Shown one piece after another: positions 8,851-17,633 of a stretch of 64,000 bases of DNA. Source of the stretch: a bacterium (GTDB lineage Bacteria; Patescibacteriota; Minisyncoccia; Minisyncoccales; CG1-02-41-26); assembly GCA_030619905.1 (NCBI GenBank), contig JAUXAO010000002.1:65193-129192 (forward strand), written 5' to 3'. The translations under genes and the position numbers were made by a program. A model generated the notes under the pieces. The model saw only the letters and a list, made by a program, of their open reading frames with translations. It searched no databases and was not told where the DNA came from. The first letter of the stretch is position 1; the number at the start of each line of letters is the position of its first letter.

Positions 8851-9249
8851 CTAAAATTTAATTAAAGATTTTACTTTCTCTACTATCGTTAAAAGTTCTT
8901 CAGGGCTAGCCTTTTTTGCTCTGTTTGGATCAAGGTCATTTACTTTATTAACTGGGACAAGATGGATATGAATATGAGGAATAACAAAACCTTCAATAGC
9001 CAGAGCAACTCGTTTTGCTCCCGTAGCCTTTTTCAAAGATTCTGATAATTTCTTAGCTGTTCTAAAAATCTCTGAATATAATGGTTCTTCCAAGTAAAAG
9101 ATATAATCTAAATGCTTCTTGGGAACAAGAATCGTATGGCCGGGATTAATCGGGTTAATATCCAAAAAGGCAAAGAAATTTTCATCTTCCCAAATCTTAT
9201 AACTCGGAATTTCCCCTTTTATTATTTTACAAAATAAACAATCTTCCAT
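8851..9249 (-). CDS. HIT (histidine triad) family protein
   Basis: Histidine-triad motif HIHIHLVP and an N-terminal CxxC. Confidence 0.85.
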   Translation of the reverse strand: MEDCLFCKIIKGEIPSYKIWEDENFFAFLDINPINPGHTILVPKKHLDYIFYLEEPLYSEIFRTAKKLSESLKKATGAKRVALAIEGFVIPHIHIHLVPVNKVNDLDPNRAKKASPEELLTIVEKVKSLIKF

Positions 9250-9367
9250 AATTACATCTTTATCTATTTTACTTTATTTTTTCTTAAAATAAAAACAAAA
9301 GAAAAAAGCGGGTATTGGTAAAAACCTTATTGGCAGAAAATCCCCGCTCTTTTTTAAAAAAAATCAT

Positions 9368-9625
9368 TCATTCAACAATGACTAATAATACCCTATTTGG
9401 AAACTTCCATGATTGCCCCGTTTTGATATCTTTCAGTAAAGTACCTCTTCTAAGGTATTCAAGCAAAAAACCTTTTCCCGACGATTCTTCTTGAAATGGA
9501 ATTTTGTCTTCGGTGTACGGGACAGAAACCCTTGAAATCCCATAGATTCCAGTCTCTTCCTTTACCTTATTAGGAAACACAAATTTGTTTCCTAATCCAA
9601 CCTTATTCAATCTTATCATCCTCAT
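9368..9625 (-). CDS. hypothetical protein (85 aa)
   Basis: ORF track. AGGAGG lies 9 nt before the ATG, and the gene has its own promoter at 9688-9716. Confidence 0.5.
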   Translation of the reverse strand: MRMIRLNKVGLGNKFVFPNKVKEETGIYGISRVSVPYTEDKIPFQEESSGKGFLLEYLRRGTLLKDIKTGQSWKFPNRVLLVIVE

Positions 9626-9687
9626 TTTTAAAGACCTCCTAATTTTTATTTCCTAATTTTTATCAATATCATTAGCATTATACCTGT

Positions 9688-9716
9688 ATTATATAATATT
9701 ATTTAAAATTTGTCAA
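9688..9716 (-). promoter_or_regulatory. sigma-70-type promoter
   Basis: Minus strand reads TTGACA (9716-9711), a 17-nt spacer, then TATAAT (9693-9688). Confidence 0.6.
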
Positions 9717-9816
9717 TCCCGAAATTGTACTACACTTAACTAATGTCAAATGAAAAACCGCTAAAAAGCGATTTTTAAAATCTTTAATAAGCTGATTTAT
9801 ATAACTTATTTTCCTA

Positions 9817-10269
9817 TTATTTCTTTTCTAAACTCATTTTTACTGCTTTAGATAGCCTGGTAAGGATAAAGATAGCAGAAACTTCCAGGGCGACAGTAGT
9901 AATCCTTCCCAAGGATTCTACAAACACACCTTCTGAAGAATAACTAAAATAACTTTTTGTCAAAAAGTTGATAATATATAAAATAACAACTAACGCAATC
10001 CAGACATAGACAAACCATTCCCCTTGCCTTTCTACTTCTTTCTTCTCCAACCATCTCAGTATTTCTTTATGAATAGAATAAAGGAACAAGACCCCGATGT
10101 AGAAAAAATTTATTCCAGAAGGAGGAAAAGTTCCCCGAGCAAAAAATTCTATTACCACCATAGTCATTACTATTAAAGTAATGACAGCACAAATAATAAA
10201 TAGATTTTTATTTATGGCAAGTTCTGCCTTTTTTAACCTTTTTAATTTTTCTTCAGATATTTTAGACAT
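9817..10269 (-). CDS. hypothetical membrane protein
   Basis: ORF track. Several long hydrophobic segments. Confidence 0.55.
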   Translation of the reverse strand: MSKISEEKLKRLKKAELAINKNLFIICAVITLIVMTMVVIEFFARGTFPPSGINFFYIGVLFLYSIHKEILRWLEKKEVERQGEWFVYVWIALVVILYIINFLTKSYFSYSSEGVFVESLGRITTVALEVSAIFILTRLSKAVKMSLEKK

Positions 10270-10355
10270 ATTTCTATTTTAATTTATCCTTTCTTTATTA
10301 TTCTATCACATTTTATTCATTAATCCAAGAAAAGAAATTTTAAAAACTAACCTTA

Positions 10356-10441
10356 ATTATCTACCAAAAAACCGTCTGAATAAAAAGACGATTTTATTTG
10401 CTGCGGATATGAGATAATGTTAGAACCTGTTTTGTGGAGAT
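10356..10441 (-). repeat. copy A of the dispersed 3' element, with terminator and -10-like box
   Basis: The minus strand directly after stop 10442 reads ..ACAGGTTCTAACATTATCTCATATCCGCAGCAAATAAAATCGTCT-TTTTATTC-AGACGGTTTTTTGGTAGATAAT. It is homologous to 14439-14536 and 15033-15130. Confidence 0.6.
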
Positions 10442-11266
10442 TTAGCTTGGTCTAAAAACTAAATCTAAAGAAAAATTATATTTATCGCATAAATTTATAA
10501 CTCTTTTCTTTATCTTTTCATAATACTCATTTGTAAGCCATTCTTGACGATAATTTAAAGCTAAATCTGAATAATATTTATCAAGTACTTTTTTAATTTC
10601 TGACCAATTACCACATTTGATGTTTAATCTATCTAAAAGAATTGTTTTAATCCCCACTTCTTTAAAGAGCCTGAATAACTTCTCTAAATCTTTATCGCTT
10701 ATTCCTGGAATAAAGGGCCCAAGGAAAACTAAAGTAGAAATTCCTGCTTTACTCATTTTTTCTAAAGCCAATAAACGACTCTTAACTGAAGAAGCCCTAG
10801 GTTCAAAATTTTTTGCATCTTTTTCATCTAGACAGATAATAGTAAAGCCAGGTTGAGCCCAACGATTAGAGGTATCAAATCTTTTAATAATATCAATATC
10901 TCTTGTTATTAACGGTGATTTAGTCAACAAAGCAATCTGAAAATTATTCTTTGCTAAAACTTCTAAACAACGACGAGTAATTCTATATTTTGCTTCAACT
11001 GGCTGATAAGCATCTGTTACCGAAGAAATCATTACTAAGCCAGGTTTTAAATACTTAACTTGTTTTTCTAAAACCTCAGGAGCATTTATTTTTACATCAA
11101 CAAATTCGCCCCATTTTTCTTTTCCTTTTCTATAACGACACATAAAACGAGCATAACAATAAACACACCCGTGAGAACAGCCTACATAAGGATTGAAATT
11201 ATAGTCAAACCCTTCTATTTTGCAAGGGTTTAAAACTTTTTTGCATTTAATTTCTTTAATTTTCAT
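10442..11266 (-). CDS. radical SAM protein (SPL / photolyase-like radical SAM family)
   Basis: CSHGCVYCYA CxxxCxxC motif near the N-terminus; 274 aa. Confidence 0.75.
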   Translation of the reverse strand: MKIKEIKCKKVLNPCKIEGFDYNFNPYVGCSHGCVYCYARFMCRYRKGKEKWGEFVDVKINAPEVLEKQVKYLKPGLVMISSVTDAYQPVEAKYRITRRCLEVLAKNNFQIALLTKSPLITRDIDIIKRFDTSNRWAQPGFTIICLDEKDAKNFEPRASSVKSRLLALEKMSKAGISTLVFLGPFIPGISDKDLEKLFRLFKEVGIKTILLDRLNIKCGNWSEIKKVLDKYYSDLALNYRQEWLTNEYYEKIKKRVINLCDKYNFSLDLVFRPS

Positions 11267-11273
11267 ATTCTCA

Positions 11274-11302
11274 ATTCTACCAAAAAACCGCCTTCTTGGC
11301 GA
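11274..11302 (-). promoter_or_regulatory. terminator plus extended -10 module (copy D)
   Basis: Minus strand reads TCGCC-AAGAA-GGCG GTTTTTT GG TAGAAT, 7 nt before ATG 11266. TCGCCA sits 17 nt upstream of TAGAAT. Confidence 0.5.
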
Positions 11303-11405
11303 TATAATATTTTTAAAAAACTAAAAAGATAATTTTAAAGATATAATTGTTTAATCTCTAAAAAAGATGAAATAAAATTGTATCTAATAAATTCTTTTAT
11401 AATAT

Positions 11406-11448
11406 TAGAAAATAAATAGGCCCCTGTTCTTTGAAAGAACAAGGGCCC
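11406..11448 (-). terminator. intrinsic terminator after the UPF0182 gene
   Basis: Minus strand reads GGCCCTTGTTCTT-TCAA-AGAACAGGGGCC followed by TATTTATTTT. Confidence 0.55.
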
Positions 11449-11460
11449 TCTTTTTTGTTT

Positions 11461-14241
11461 TTATAACGAATCGTTAATTCGTTTCAAGATATTTTCCAAT
11501 TCGTTAATCTTTTCAATTGCAGCTTTTATTAATTCTTCTGGAGTAATTTCAACACCTTCTTCTAGAAGATCAGAAGCTTTGATAATTTTTCCCGAATAGA
11601 GATTATTTAAAGCTTCCTCCAGTGTTTTTCCCCAAACAACAGATTGGCTGCCTAAAGCTACTATTACCCGTTTTATCTGAGGCATTTCTCCAGTTTCCGC
11701 TTTTAAATATACGGGCTCAACATAGAGAATGCTGTTCCCAATCGGAATAACTAGTAGATTTCCCCTGATAACGCTAGAGCCAACCTGTCCCCATAGGGTG
11801 AAGTTCTGAGACATCTCGGTGTCTTGATCAATCTTTGCCTCAATCTGATTAGGCCCGTAGATTAACATTTTTTTGGAAAACTTATAGAGAAGCAATTTTC
11901 CATAATTCTCTTCATCACAACGGGCACACATCCAAGCAATCATATTATTTTTTGCTTTAGGGGTGAAAGGCAACATCAAGACAAACTCTTCAAAATCTTG
12001 GCCAGGTAATTTTATTATCACATAGTATGGTTCAACCTGCTGAGAATATTCATAATACTTTTCCTCAGCAATCTCCCACGCATCCTCCTTGTTGTAAAAA
12101 ACTTTTGGGTCATGCATATGATAATCTTTGAGCATTCTTGCCTGGACAGTAAAATAGTCCTCCGGATACCGTATATGCTTTCTAATTGCATCAGGCATCT
12201 CTGACTTAGATTTAAATAACTCAGGAAATATACGTTGGTAAGTCCTGATGATAGGATCGTCTTCATCAAAGATGTAAAGAGAAACATCACCGTTGTAAGA
12301 ATCTATGACTACCTTTACTGAATTTCTCATGTAATTGATTCTATTGAAGTCTTTTAGTGCTTTATCATCGCTATATCTCTCCGAATAAGGAAACTTTTTA
12401 CTCGTAGTATAAGCATCTAAGAGCCAATAAATCTTTCCGTTTTCGATGACAATATAAGGATCTCTATCAAAGATAAGGAATGGTGCAATTCTTTTCACCC
12501 TTTCCATGATATTGCGATAAAGCATTATCCTGCTTTCTCTTGTTATGTACCCAGATAGTAAAAATGGAAAACCACCGCATCTAAGTGCAAAGGAGAATTT
12601 TCTTAGGTATGAACTTAGTTCTATACCTCCTTCTCCTTCATAAGTTGTGTACATGTTTCCATCTCCTTTTGGATAATCAAACTCCTTTTCCGTTGCTTTG
12701 ACAACAATATAATCATTAGACAATTCACTAAAGTAGGCCCTTGGTTGTTCAATTTCTACCTCCTGATATTCTGTTTTTGGAGGCATATCTTTTATTATCA
12801 GATTAGGAAGACCACCCTCAACAAATTCACTCACCGGTGTTGCCGTAACTCCAAACGCATGGGTATAAATAATCTTTTTATTTACAAATGTTTTAGATTT
12901 ACTGAGTAATTTTTCTTTGTTCAATTCGCGCAAAGAAAGCATAATCTGTTTGTATTCTCCACCAATATAGTATCTGTCGATATCAATATCGAAGAACTCA
13001 TAGTAAAGTCTTATAGCCTGAAGCTGATTTATGGTAAGTTTAAGAGCTCTCCAATCCCATAGACGAATATTCTTAATCGTCTTTGAATTTTCCTCCAATA
13101 ATTTCTCGTCGATTTCATCAACATAAGGAAACTCTTGATATTCAATTTCATGGAGATTAAAAGCTGTATTTGTGCCTTTAATATTCCTGACTATATACGG
13201 CTCCTCCAGCACTAGCTCATTAGGAGATACCTTAAAGAATTGAACCAACATAGAAGGTACATAGTTCAAAACCATAAGGACAATTATTAATGCGAGAAAT
13301 CCTAATCCAAGTTTTGTAAAACTTCTTTTTTGTGAAGCAATAAAAACAAGAATTCCCACAATGGCTCCAATCGCACAACAAATAATAATTGTATATATGG
13401 TCATTTGAATATGAACATCTGTATACCCTGCTCCAATAACAATACCTCTTTCAGAATAAACTAAGAAGTACTTACTTAAAATAGTTCGCCAAATACAAGT
13501 TACAGTGAGCCAAGCTATAAGCAGAATGCCTATGTGACGAGAACCAGTTTTCTCTACAGAACTACAGCTGTCTTTCTCTGCTGAAAAATTTCCCCCATAA
13601 ACTATAGAAGTATAAGCTATGGTGAAAGTTGCTATTAAGAATAATAGAGAATACATGATTATCTTAGAAATCAAGTTTTGAAAAGGAATAGAGAATAAGA
13701 AAAAACTAATATCCTTTCCAAAGAGTGGGTCAACTGTTCCAGCAGGGACTTGATTAATCCAAAGTAAGACGACTTGCCATAAATATCTACTGATGACTGC
13801 CAATGCCAGAGCGAAGAATACACCTACAAATTTAAGAATAGTATATGTAGTCTTCAATTCACGTTCCACATACTTATCGATATAAGCTTTTCCTTCTGCG
13901 TTGACCTTTGTAAATGGTTTCCTAGTAAACTTCTCAAACATTCTCAGATTAATCGAGAAAATCAACCAACTTAATATTAGTGTCCCGAAAAACAACATCC
14001 AGCGCCAATAAATTACCTTCCAGAATCTTGCTGAAAATCCGACACTCTGAAACCAAAGAGACTCTGTGAAAATTGAGTTGCCCCAAAGAAGAGAAATGAG
14101 CAGAAAAGAACCAAGAAAAGCAAGACTAAAGCTTATTTTCCAATCTTTCCTTGTCACTTCTGATTCGTTTAACAATCTAATTGACTTAACAATAAGCGGT
14201 ATAAAAAAACAAGCCAATACAATAAAAAGTAAAAATTTCAT
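11461..14241 (-). CDS. UPF0182 family large membrane protein
   Basis: About 925 aa, with N-terminal TM segments and the SLWFQSVGF..W.V...R motif typical of UPF0182. ATG 14241 lies 8 nt after AAGGAG; the track start 14250 is a GTG. Confidence 0.8.
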   Translation of the reverse strand: MKFLLFIVLACFFIPLIVKSIRLLNESEVTRKDWKISFSLAFLGSFLLISLLWGNSIFTESLWFQSVGFSARFWKVIYWRWMLFFGTLILSWLIFSINLRMFEKFTRKPFTKVNAEGKAYIDKYVERELKTTYTILKFVGVFFALALAVISRYLWQVVLLWINQVPAGTVDPLFGKDISFFLFSIPFQNLISKIIMYSLLFLIATFTIAYTSIVYGGNFSAEKDSCSSVEKTGSRHIGILLIAWLTVTCIWRTILSKYFLVYSERGIVIGAGYTDVHIQMTIYTIIICCAIGAIVGILVFIASQKRSFTKLGLGFLALIIVLMVLNYVPSMLVQFFKVSPNELVLEEPYIVRNIKGTNTAFNLHEIEYQEFPYVDEIDEKLLEENSKTIKNIRLWDWRALKLTINQLQAIRLYYEFFDIDIDRYYIGGEYKQIMLSLRELNKEKLLSKSKTFVNKKIIYTHAFGVTATPVSEFVEGGLPNLIIKDMPPKTEYQEVEIEQPRAYFSELSNDYIVVKATEKEFDYPKGDGNMYTTYEGEGGIELSSYLRKFSFALRCGGFPFLLSGYITRESRIMLYRNIMERVKRIAPFLIFDRDPYIVIENGKIYWLLDAYTTSKKFPYSERYSDDKALKDFNRINYMRNSVKVVIDSYNGDVSLYIFDEDDPIIRTYQRIFPELFKSKSEMPDAIRKHIRYPEDYFTVQARMLKDYHMHDPKVFYNKEDAWEIAEEKYYEYSQQVEPYYVIIKLPGQDFEEFVLMLPFTPKAKNNMIAWMCARCDEENYGKLLLYKFSKKMLIYGPNQIEAKIDQDTEMSQNFTLWGQVGSSVIRGNLLVIPIGNSILYVEPVYLKAETGEMPQIKRVIVALGSQSVVWGKTLEEALNNLYSGKIIKASDLLEEGVEITPEELIKAAIEKINELENILKRINDSL

Positions 14242-14383
14242 CACGATCACTCCTTTTTTCTTTCTTTATATTTTAATGAACATAAGTGAACCAAAAATAT
14301 TATCTATTTGTATATCACCTCCTTTTATATAAGACATACTGAATGATAATATTTACACCATTTATTTTAAATGACTATTGATT

Positions 14384-14411
14384 ATTATATCATCTATCTA
14401 TAAAAAGTCAA
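14384..14411 (-). promoter_or_regulatory. sigma-70-type promoter for the UPF0182 gene
   Basis: Minus strand reads TTGACT (14411-14406), a 16-nt spacer, then TATAAT (14389-14384). Confidence 0.5.
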
Positions 14412-14438
14412 GCAAGATTGGTTTGATTTAAATATAAT

Positions 14439-14536
14439 AAAAAACCGCCCGAATAAAAAGACGATTTTTATTTACTGGGCATCGTGGACAACGTTAGAAC
14501 CGTATTTCAGGAATTAGATGAGTATGTTTATATCCC
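14439..14536 (-). repeat. copy B of the dispersed 3' element with terminator
   Basis: Minus strand reads GGGATATAAACATACTCATCTAATTCCTGAAATACGGTTCTAACGTTGTCCACGATGCCCAGTAAATAAAAATCGTCT-TTTTATTC-GGGCGGTTTTTT. It starts 35 nt after stop 14571. Confidence 0.6.
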
Positions 14537-14570
14537 AGACTTAGCTGAATGATGCTAGAAGCTACTTAAG

Positions 14571-15017
14571 CTAAATCTCTTTTCCTTCACGTTCACTATA
14601 AATTATATTGTTTAGAAAAGAATCAATTGCTTGTTTTATATATGGTATTATATTTTGGGGCAAATTATCTAATTCAAACCAACTTAAATCGTCACATTTA
14701 TCGGTTTCCATAATTTTGGGTTTTCCTTGCCATTTTTTAGCTGTAAAGAAAAAGTCTATCCTTTCATCGTCTGGTATCCTTCTGTTCATCGTATGAATTA
14801 GCTCTAAATCTGTTGGGGCTACAACTACATCTATTTCTTCTTTTACTTCTCTTACCATGCCCTGTTTTAATGTTTCATCCTCATCAAGGTGTCCAGCGGG
14901 GAAACTATAGTTACCATCAAAATATCCCGTATTATACCTTCTGGAAAGAAGGATTTTATTGTCTTTTATTAGAACTAAATATACAGAAGCTATTACCTTA
15001 AATCTTTCTTTAGTCAT
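14571..15017 (-). CDS. NUDIX hydrolase
   Basis: NUDIX box GHLDEDETLKQGMVREVKEEIDV. Confidence 0.85.
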   Translation of the reverse strand: MTKERFKVIASVYLVLIKDNKILLSRRYNTGYFDGNYSFPAGHLDEDETLKQGMVREVKEEIDVVVAPTDLELIHTMNRRIPDDERIDFFFTAKKWQGKPKIMETDKCDDLSWFELDNLPQNIIPYIKQAIDSFLNNIIYSEREGKEI

Positions 15018-15032
15018 ATAATTTACTTTAGC

Positions 15033-15130
15033 AAAAAACCGTCTTCTTGGCGAGACGATTGAAATTTACTGCGGGTATGGGACGACGTTAGAACCAGGAC
15101 TGAGGGATCAGCTGAGTATATTTATATCCA
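15033..15130 (-). repeat. copy C of the dispersed 3' element with terminator
   Basis: Minus strand reads TGGATATAAATATACTCAGCTGATCCCTCAGTCCTGGTTCTAACGTCGTCCCATACCCGCAGTAAATTTCAATCGTCT-CGCCAAGA-AGACGGTTTTTT. It aligns without gaps to copy B. By hand count, 57 of 78 positions before the hairpin are identical. Confidence 0.6.
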
Positions 15131-15144
15131 AGATATAGCTCCTC

Positions 15145-15624
15145 CTATTGGACGCGCTTAGAACTGTGTATACGGAGCATTAGTTCTTTTAGTTTATGAA
15201 AATAATGATTTGGATCATCTGAAGCCCACTTTATTTTCTTTATCTCGGTATGACAATTCGTGCAACGTTCAAGTCTATCTGTCCAAGGAAATCTCCAGTC
15301 AAAACTTTTGCACTTATCACAATAAAAGGCTATGCAGCGATAGGGCTCACCACCTCTTTCGTTCCAAACACTTCCCCACGCTTCTTGCCAGAAACCACAA
15401 AACTTACACGCTCTATACTTACGCGTTATTTCTCCTGCGTTATTTACTGTGACTTTTGGACCATAAAATCCAACGGATCGACATTTGGGACACTGTAGCG
15501 AACAACCACTATGAAACCAGTTAGGATGTTGTCCACAAAACTTGTCCAAGCGCATTTCTTCTTCCCACTGCTTTTCAGTATATTCTGTCCCATTAGTTGC
15601 ATCTTCTTTTTTGTCGCTTGTCAT
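15145..15624 (-). CDS. hypothetical Cys-rich (multi zinc-ribbon-like) protein
   Basis: Several CxxC pairs (CPKC, CKFC, CDKC, CTNC). A hand-counted line is about 43% GC, well above the local background. Confidence 0.55.
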   Translation of the reverse strand: MTSDKKEDATNGTEYTEKQWEEEMRLDKFCGQHPNWFHSGCSLQCPKCRSVGFYGPKVTVNNAGEITRKYRACKFCGFWQEAWGSVWNERGGEPYRCIAFYCDKCKSFDWRFPWTDRLERCTNCHTEIKKIKWASDDPNHYFHKLKELMLRIHSSKRVQ

Positions 15625-15731
15625 AATTATATTTTACTTCTTACCTCTTAGTTACTGATTTAATTGATTTTTTTATTTATCTAAAAAAAGAATTGGGTTT
15701 ACTTTTTATATCGTTATTTATAGTTTAATTG

Positions 15732-15802
15732 CTGCGGGGCTTGGACTCGAACCAAGATCAGATCCTCCAAGGGGACCTGTCCTACCATTAGACGACCCCG
15801 CA
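15732..15802 (-). tRNA. tRNA-Gln (anticodon UUG)
   Basis: Hand-folded cloverleaf: TGCGGGG/CCCCGCA acceptor with U1:A72 and G73, D arm GTCT-AATGGTA-GGAC, anticodon arm GGTCC-CCTTGGA-GGATC, T arm CTTGG-TTCGAGT-CCAAG. Position 33 is an unusual C. Confidence 0.75.
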
Positions 15803-15813
15803 ATAGTATGTTC

Positions 15814-16920
15814 TTATTCTTTTTTACTGCAAATCTCTACAATAGATAGTTCCAAAGGTAATTGAACAATTGAAGAATATTTCATTTTATTTTCCGCCTC
15901 CATAAATTTCTCCAGAATTTCATGAATTTCTTCTGAAGAAAGTTTTTTAGCAAATCCTTTTATTTTTTCTTTCTCCTCGCTAGTCAAACTGGAGATTAAA
16001 GAATCCTCAAACTGAGAATCTATTTTCAAAAGCAGAATTTCTCTCAGATAATTATTCAATGCCTTGATAAATTGCTGAAGATTAATTCCTTTGTCAATGG
16101 ATTTGTTCAAAAAAGAAACAGTTTTTTTTACATCTTTTTCTGATAAATATTCCATAAACTGGATAATAAGTTCAGTTTCAATGTTTCCCAGCAGTTCTCC
16201 AACAACTTCTTTTTTAATTGACTTGCCTTTTCCTGAAAAACTTATTATCTTATCCAATAGACTCTCAGCGTCTCTAATTGAACCGGTTGCCTCTCTGGCA
16301 ATAAGGAATAAAGCTGGTTCTTCATATTCTATTTTCTCTTTTTTCAAAATCTTTTCTAATCGTTGAATAATCTCGGGAATCTTTAATTTTCGAAAATCAA
16401 ATGTCTGGCATCTGGAAATAATAGTTGGTATCATTTTATGTATTTCAGTTGTAGCTAAGACGAAAATCGCATGAGCAGGAGGTTCTTCCAGAGTTTTTAA
16501 AAGAGCGTTATTAGCCTCTTTAGTAAGCATATGACATTCGTCAATGATAAATACTTTGTATTTTGATTTAGTGGGTACAAAACGAATTCCCTCTTTTAAA
16601 TTTCTCATTTCATCAATACCTCTGTTAGAAGCAGCATCTATTTCTATAAGATCAATGGAATTTCCTTTGTTGATTTCCTGGCATGATTCGCATTTATTAC
16701 AAGGTTCATATTCCCCTTCTTTCCTGTTCTGACAGTTTAGTGCTTTAGCTAAAAGCCGGCCTAAAGTAGTTTTTCCAGTTCCCCTTGGGCCAGCAAATAA
16801 ATAAGCATGAGAAATCATTCCGGAAGAAATGGCATTGGTCAGGATTTTTACTATGTATTCCTGACCTACAATTTCAGCAAATGTCTTTGGTCTGTATTTT
16901 CTGTATAATACTAGGTTCAT
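15814..16920 (-). CDS. dnaX: DNA polymerase III subunit gamma/tau (short form)
   Basis: Walker A GPRGTGKTT, zinc module C..C..CxxC, DEVHM-like IDECHML and SRC motif ISRCQ. Confidence 0.85.
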   Translation of the reverse strand: MNLVLYRKYRPKTFAEIVGQEYIVKILTNAISSGMISHAYLFAGPRGTGKTTLGRLLAKALNCQNRKEGEYEPCNKCESCQEINKGNSIDLIEIDAASNRGIDEMRNLKEGIRFVPTKSKYKVFIIDECHMLTKEANNALLKTLEEPPAHAIFVLATTEIHKMIPTIISRCQTFDFRKLKIPEIIQRLEKILKKEKIEYEEPALFLIAREATGSIRDAESLLDKIISFSGKGKSIKKEVVGELLGNIETELIIQFMEYLSEKDVKKTVSFLNKSIDKGINLQQFIKALNNYLREILLLKIDSQFEDSLISSLTSEEKEKIKGFAKKLSSEEIHEILEKFMEAENKMKYSSIVQLPLELSIVEICSKKE

Positions 16921-16926
16921 ATAAAG

Positions 16927-17544
16927 TTATTTCTTGAAAACAATGAATTTATATCCTAAAAAGTTCCAGATAAAAGCACAAAGAACACCGATAAAGGCTC
17001 CTATATTTGCCCAGAGCGTCTCTGAGACACCGAATTGAGTACCAATTACATTAACAACAAGCGAAGCAACACCTACATTTAGTAAAAGACTAATTCCAGT
17101 TATTAAATAGAATTGAGAAAATTCTTTTGTTCCAACTTTTGTTTCTTTTTTCTTGAAAGTCCAGAATTTGTTCCAGAAATAGGAGTTTACTGCTGCACAG
17201 GAAAAAGAGATTATCTTGAAAAAAGAAAAGTACCAGCCAGAAGTTATCAAAAAAGCATTCATTAAAAAGTTTAATACAGCAAAATCAATAAAAGTGTTTA
17301 GAGAACCAGTCAGAGTGAATTTAAAGAGCTGAAAAATGGCAGAAAGTTTTTGTTTGAAAAAAGATCCAACAAAAATATAAACAAGAGCCAGAAATGGTAA
17401 AATCAGGGGCAGAAAACGCAGAAACGGATCAAGAATAGAAGGCAACTCAACTTCAATGGTCTTTAAGATAAAGAGTAGAAGCAAGGCATCAGCTTCAGCA
17501 ATAATAAGCGAAGCTATGATATCTGATTTTTTAAAGTTTTTCAT
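16927..17544 (-). CDS. GtrA family membrane protein
   Basis: TM-rich, with FKFTLTGSLNTFIDFAVLNFL and a C-terminal WNFLGYKFIVF, as in GtrA-like proteins. Confidence 0.7.
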   Translation of the reverse strand: MKNFKKSDIIASLIIAEADALLLLFILKTIEVELPSILDPFLRFLPLILPFLALVYIFVGSFFKQKLSAIFQLFKFTLTGSLNTFIDFAVLNFLMNAFLITSGWYFSFFKIISFSCAAVNSYFWNKFWTFKKKETKVGTKEFSQFYLITGISLLLNVGVASLVVNVIGTQFGVSETLWANIGAFIGVLCAFIWNFLGYKFIVFKK

Positions 17545-17633
17545 ATTTATATATTATTAATTATTCGACGTTCAATCATATTATCATAAAACAGAATTTT
17601 TGAAAAGAAGATAAATTATGCTAAAATAAATCT

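Noticed and set aside
10419-10427. I considered whether the GTTAGAACC core of the repeated 3' elements (also at 14493 and 15088) marks integron attC sites, with the surrounding genes as integron cassettes.
   Set aside because: GTTAGAA does not fit GTTRRRY at the last position. I find no complementary inverse core at the other end of any element, no imperfect-palindrome attC structure, and no integron integrase in the window. It is kept only as a generic 'cassette-like' idea in the findings.
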